From Candidatus Micrarchaeota archaeon (lineage in GTDB: Archaea; B1Sed10-29), in the NCBI GenBank assembly GCA_964388265.1, contig CAYLXZ010000002.1, positions 1-42,653 of the forward strand: a DNA stretch of 42,653 nt. The letters are read 5' to 3'. Every line of letters begins with the position of its first letter. Positions within the stretch are counted from its first letter, which is position 1. The notes below the pieces were generated by a model. The model was not told where the DNA came from and searched no databases. It saw nothing but the letters and a program-made list of their open reading frames with translations. The position numbers and the translations under genes are program-made. This document shows, one piece after another, positions 41,653-42,653 of this stretch.

Positions 41653-42450
41653 TTAGTGGAATATCTTGGTTTCTAGGTCGGAGATCTCACCTTCTTTGAG
41701 CCCTAGTAATGGAGCGTAGAGTGGTTTTTCAGTTTCTTTGTTTTCTTGAGTGAATTGATCGATTTCGGTTGTGCCTGTGATTTTTCCTTGTGGTTCGCTG
41801 GGTTTTTTTGGTGTTAAATTCCATTTTTTGAAAGTTTTTTTGAGTTCTGGATTGGTTTTTTGTAGTTTGATTAGGCATCCTCTTTTCATCATCATCCAGC
41901 ATGCGGTTAAATCTTCTTTACTGGTTATTTCTGCTTCTAGGGTTCCTGATACGCCTAGGGGTAGTCCTCCTGGTGTTTTTATTTTTTCTGTGAATATGTG
42001 GGCTTTGTCTTCGTAGAACTCTATGTATAGGGTGTTGTCTGGGTTGTCTAGGTCGACTTCTAGGCCTGTTTCTTGTTGTATTGTCGCTCCTATCTCTTCT
42101 TCCGCGTCTTTGCTTGTGAATGGGTAGTCTTTGGTTATTCTCTTGGCCCTTACTGAGTAGGTTCCTTCCCATTCACTGGTTTTCTGTTTAGCGATCTTTT
42201 TTATCTCATCTAGTTTTGGTTTGGTTTCTTTTGCTGGGGAGATTGATACTAGTCCAAATACTTTTTTAAGTTCTTTAAGAGTCTTTTCTTCGTTTTCTGG
42301 GTATATGTATATTCTTAGTCTTTTCCTGGTTACTTCTTCGTCTACAGCTGTCTTTATATTGTTAATCAGTTGTGATAGAAACCTCTTCTTAACCTTATCG
42401 GACTTTAGGAATATTTCACCGAACCTAGCTACTATCATGTTATCTTCCAT
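41653..42450 (-). CDS. ThiI-like THUMP-domain protein with degenerate, shortened catalytic domain
   Basis: RFGEIFLKS, VFGLVSISP, VDLDNPD, GGLPLG and WMMMKRGC match ThiI, but the SGGxDS PP-loop is absent. Confidence 0.82.
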   Translation of the reverse strand: MEDNMIVARFGEIFLKSDKVKKRFLSQLINNIKTAVDEEVTRKRLRIYIYPENEEKTLKELKKVFGLVSISPAKETKPKLDEIKKIAKQKTSEWEGTYSVRAKRITKDYPFTSKDAEEEIGATIQQETGLEVDLDNPDNTLYIEFYEDKAHIFTEKIKTPGGLPLGVSGTLEAEITSKEDLTACWMMMKRGCLIKLQKTNPELKKTFKKWNLTPKKPSEPQGKITGTTEIDQFTQENKETEKPLYAPLLGLKEGEISDLETKIFH

Positions 42451-42546
42451 TGTTTTCTAGGAACCTGAATTAATTAAAGAAAAGGGATGGAGAAAAAACA
42501 CTTAAAGTTAGAGGTTTAAGAACAAGAGAAAAAGAAAGTAGGTTGT

Positions 42547-42568
42547 ACGCGGAGCGTCCGCCCCGCGT
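42547..42568 (-). terminator. GC-rich stem-loop downstream of the histone gene, followed by a T-rich tract
   Basis: Minus strand ACGCGGGGC-GGAC-GCTCCGCGT (9 bp with one G.U), then ACAACCTACTTTCTTTTTCTC. Confidence 0.5.
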
Positions 42569-42594
42569 CTATGGTTTCAAGACTATCTAGCTAT

Positions 42595-42653
42595 TTAAAG
42601 TTGTCTTGATGCTAGTTTGATGTCGCCTGATGTTACTGTTTTTCTGCCTGCGT
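42595..42653 (-). CDS. Archaeal histone (HMf-type), C-terminal fragment
   Basis: Read by hand: ...AGRKTVTSGDIKLASRQL-stop, matching the histone-fold HAGRKTVxxxDIxLA motif. Confidence 0.85.
   Translation of the reverse strand, partial: AGRKTVTSGDIKLASRQL

Overview
Archaeal chromosomal window. Evidence: topo VI, Rpo4, eL21, a histone fragment, class III pilin signal, BRE/TATA promoters and GGAGG-type SD sites. The acidic, Glu/Lys-rich proteome and gene content suggest a halophilic DPANN-type archaeon; that taxonomy is inference. Housekeeping blocks (rio1-dim2-top6B-top6A; rpl21e-rpo4-DUF655-ksgA; tRNA-Asn) are mixed with accessory blocks: a DUF134/DUF5320/NifX/CDF/COG1149 operon, an MNT-HEPN toxin-antitoxin pair and an ABC-2 exporter. 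The standout is an 11.4 kb gene for a 3789-aa protein: signal peptide, two GLUG modules, a three-blade propeller insert, a long Ig-like stalk, a membrane anchor and an intact cytoplasmic HerA/DUF87-type ATPase. A 453-aa coiled-coil gene follows it. Its tip modules have inverted strand and codon bias, suggesting cassette exchange, and a paralogous GLUG tip occurs on a PGF-like-anchored protein beside a pilin. Other oddities: a RaSEA-ArcS(DUF5591) fusion, a HAD-Dim2 fusion, a ThiI lacking its PP-loop, two 14-codon mini-ORFs chained between top6B and top6A, and several small genes missed by the ORF track. All family calls come from motif recognition, not database searches.
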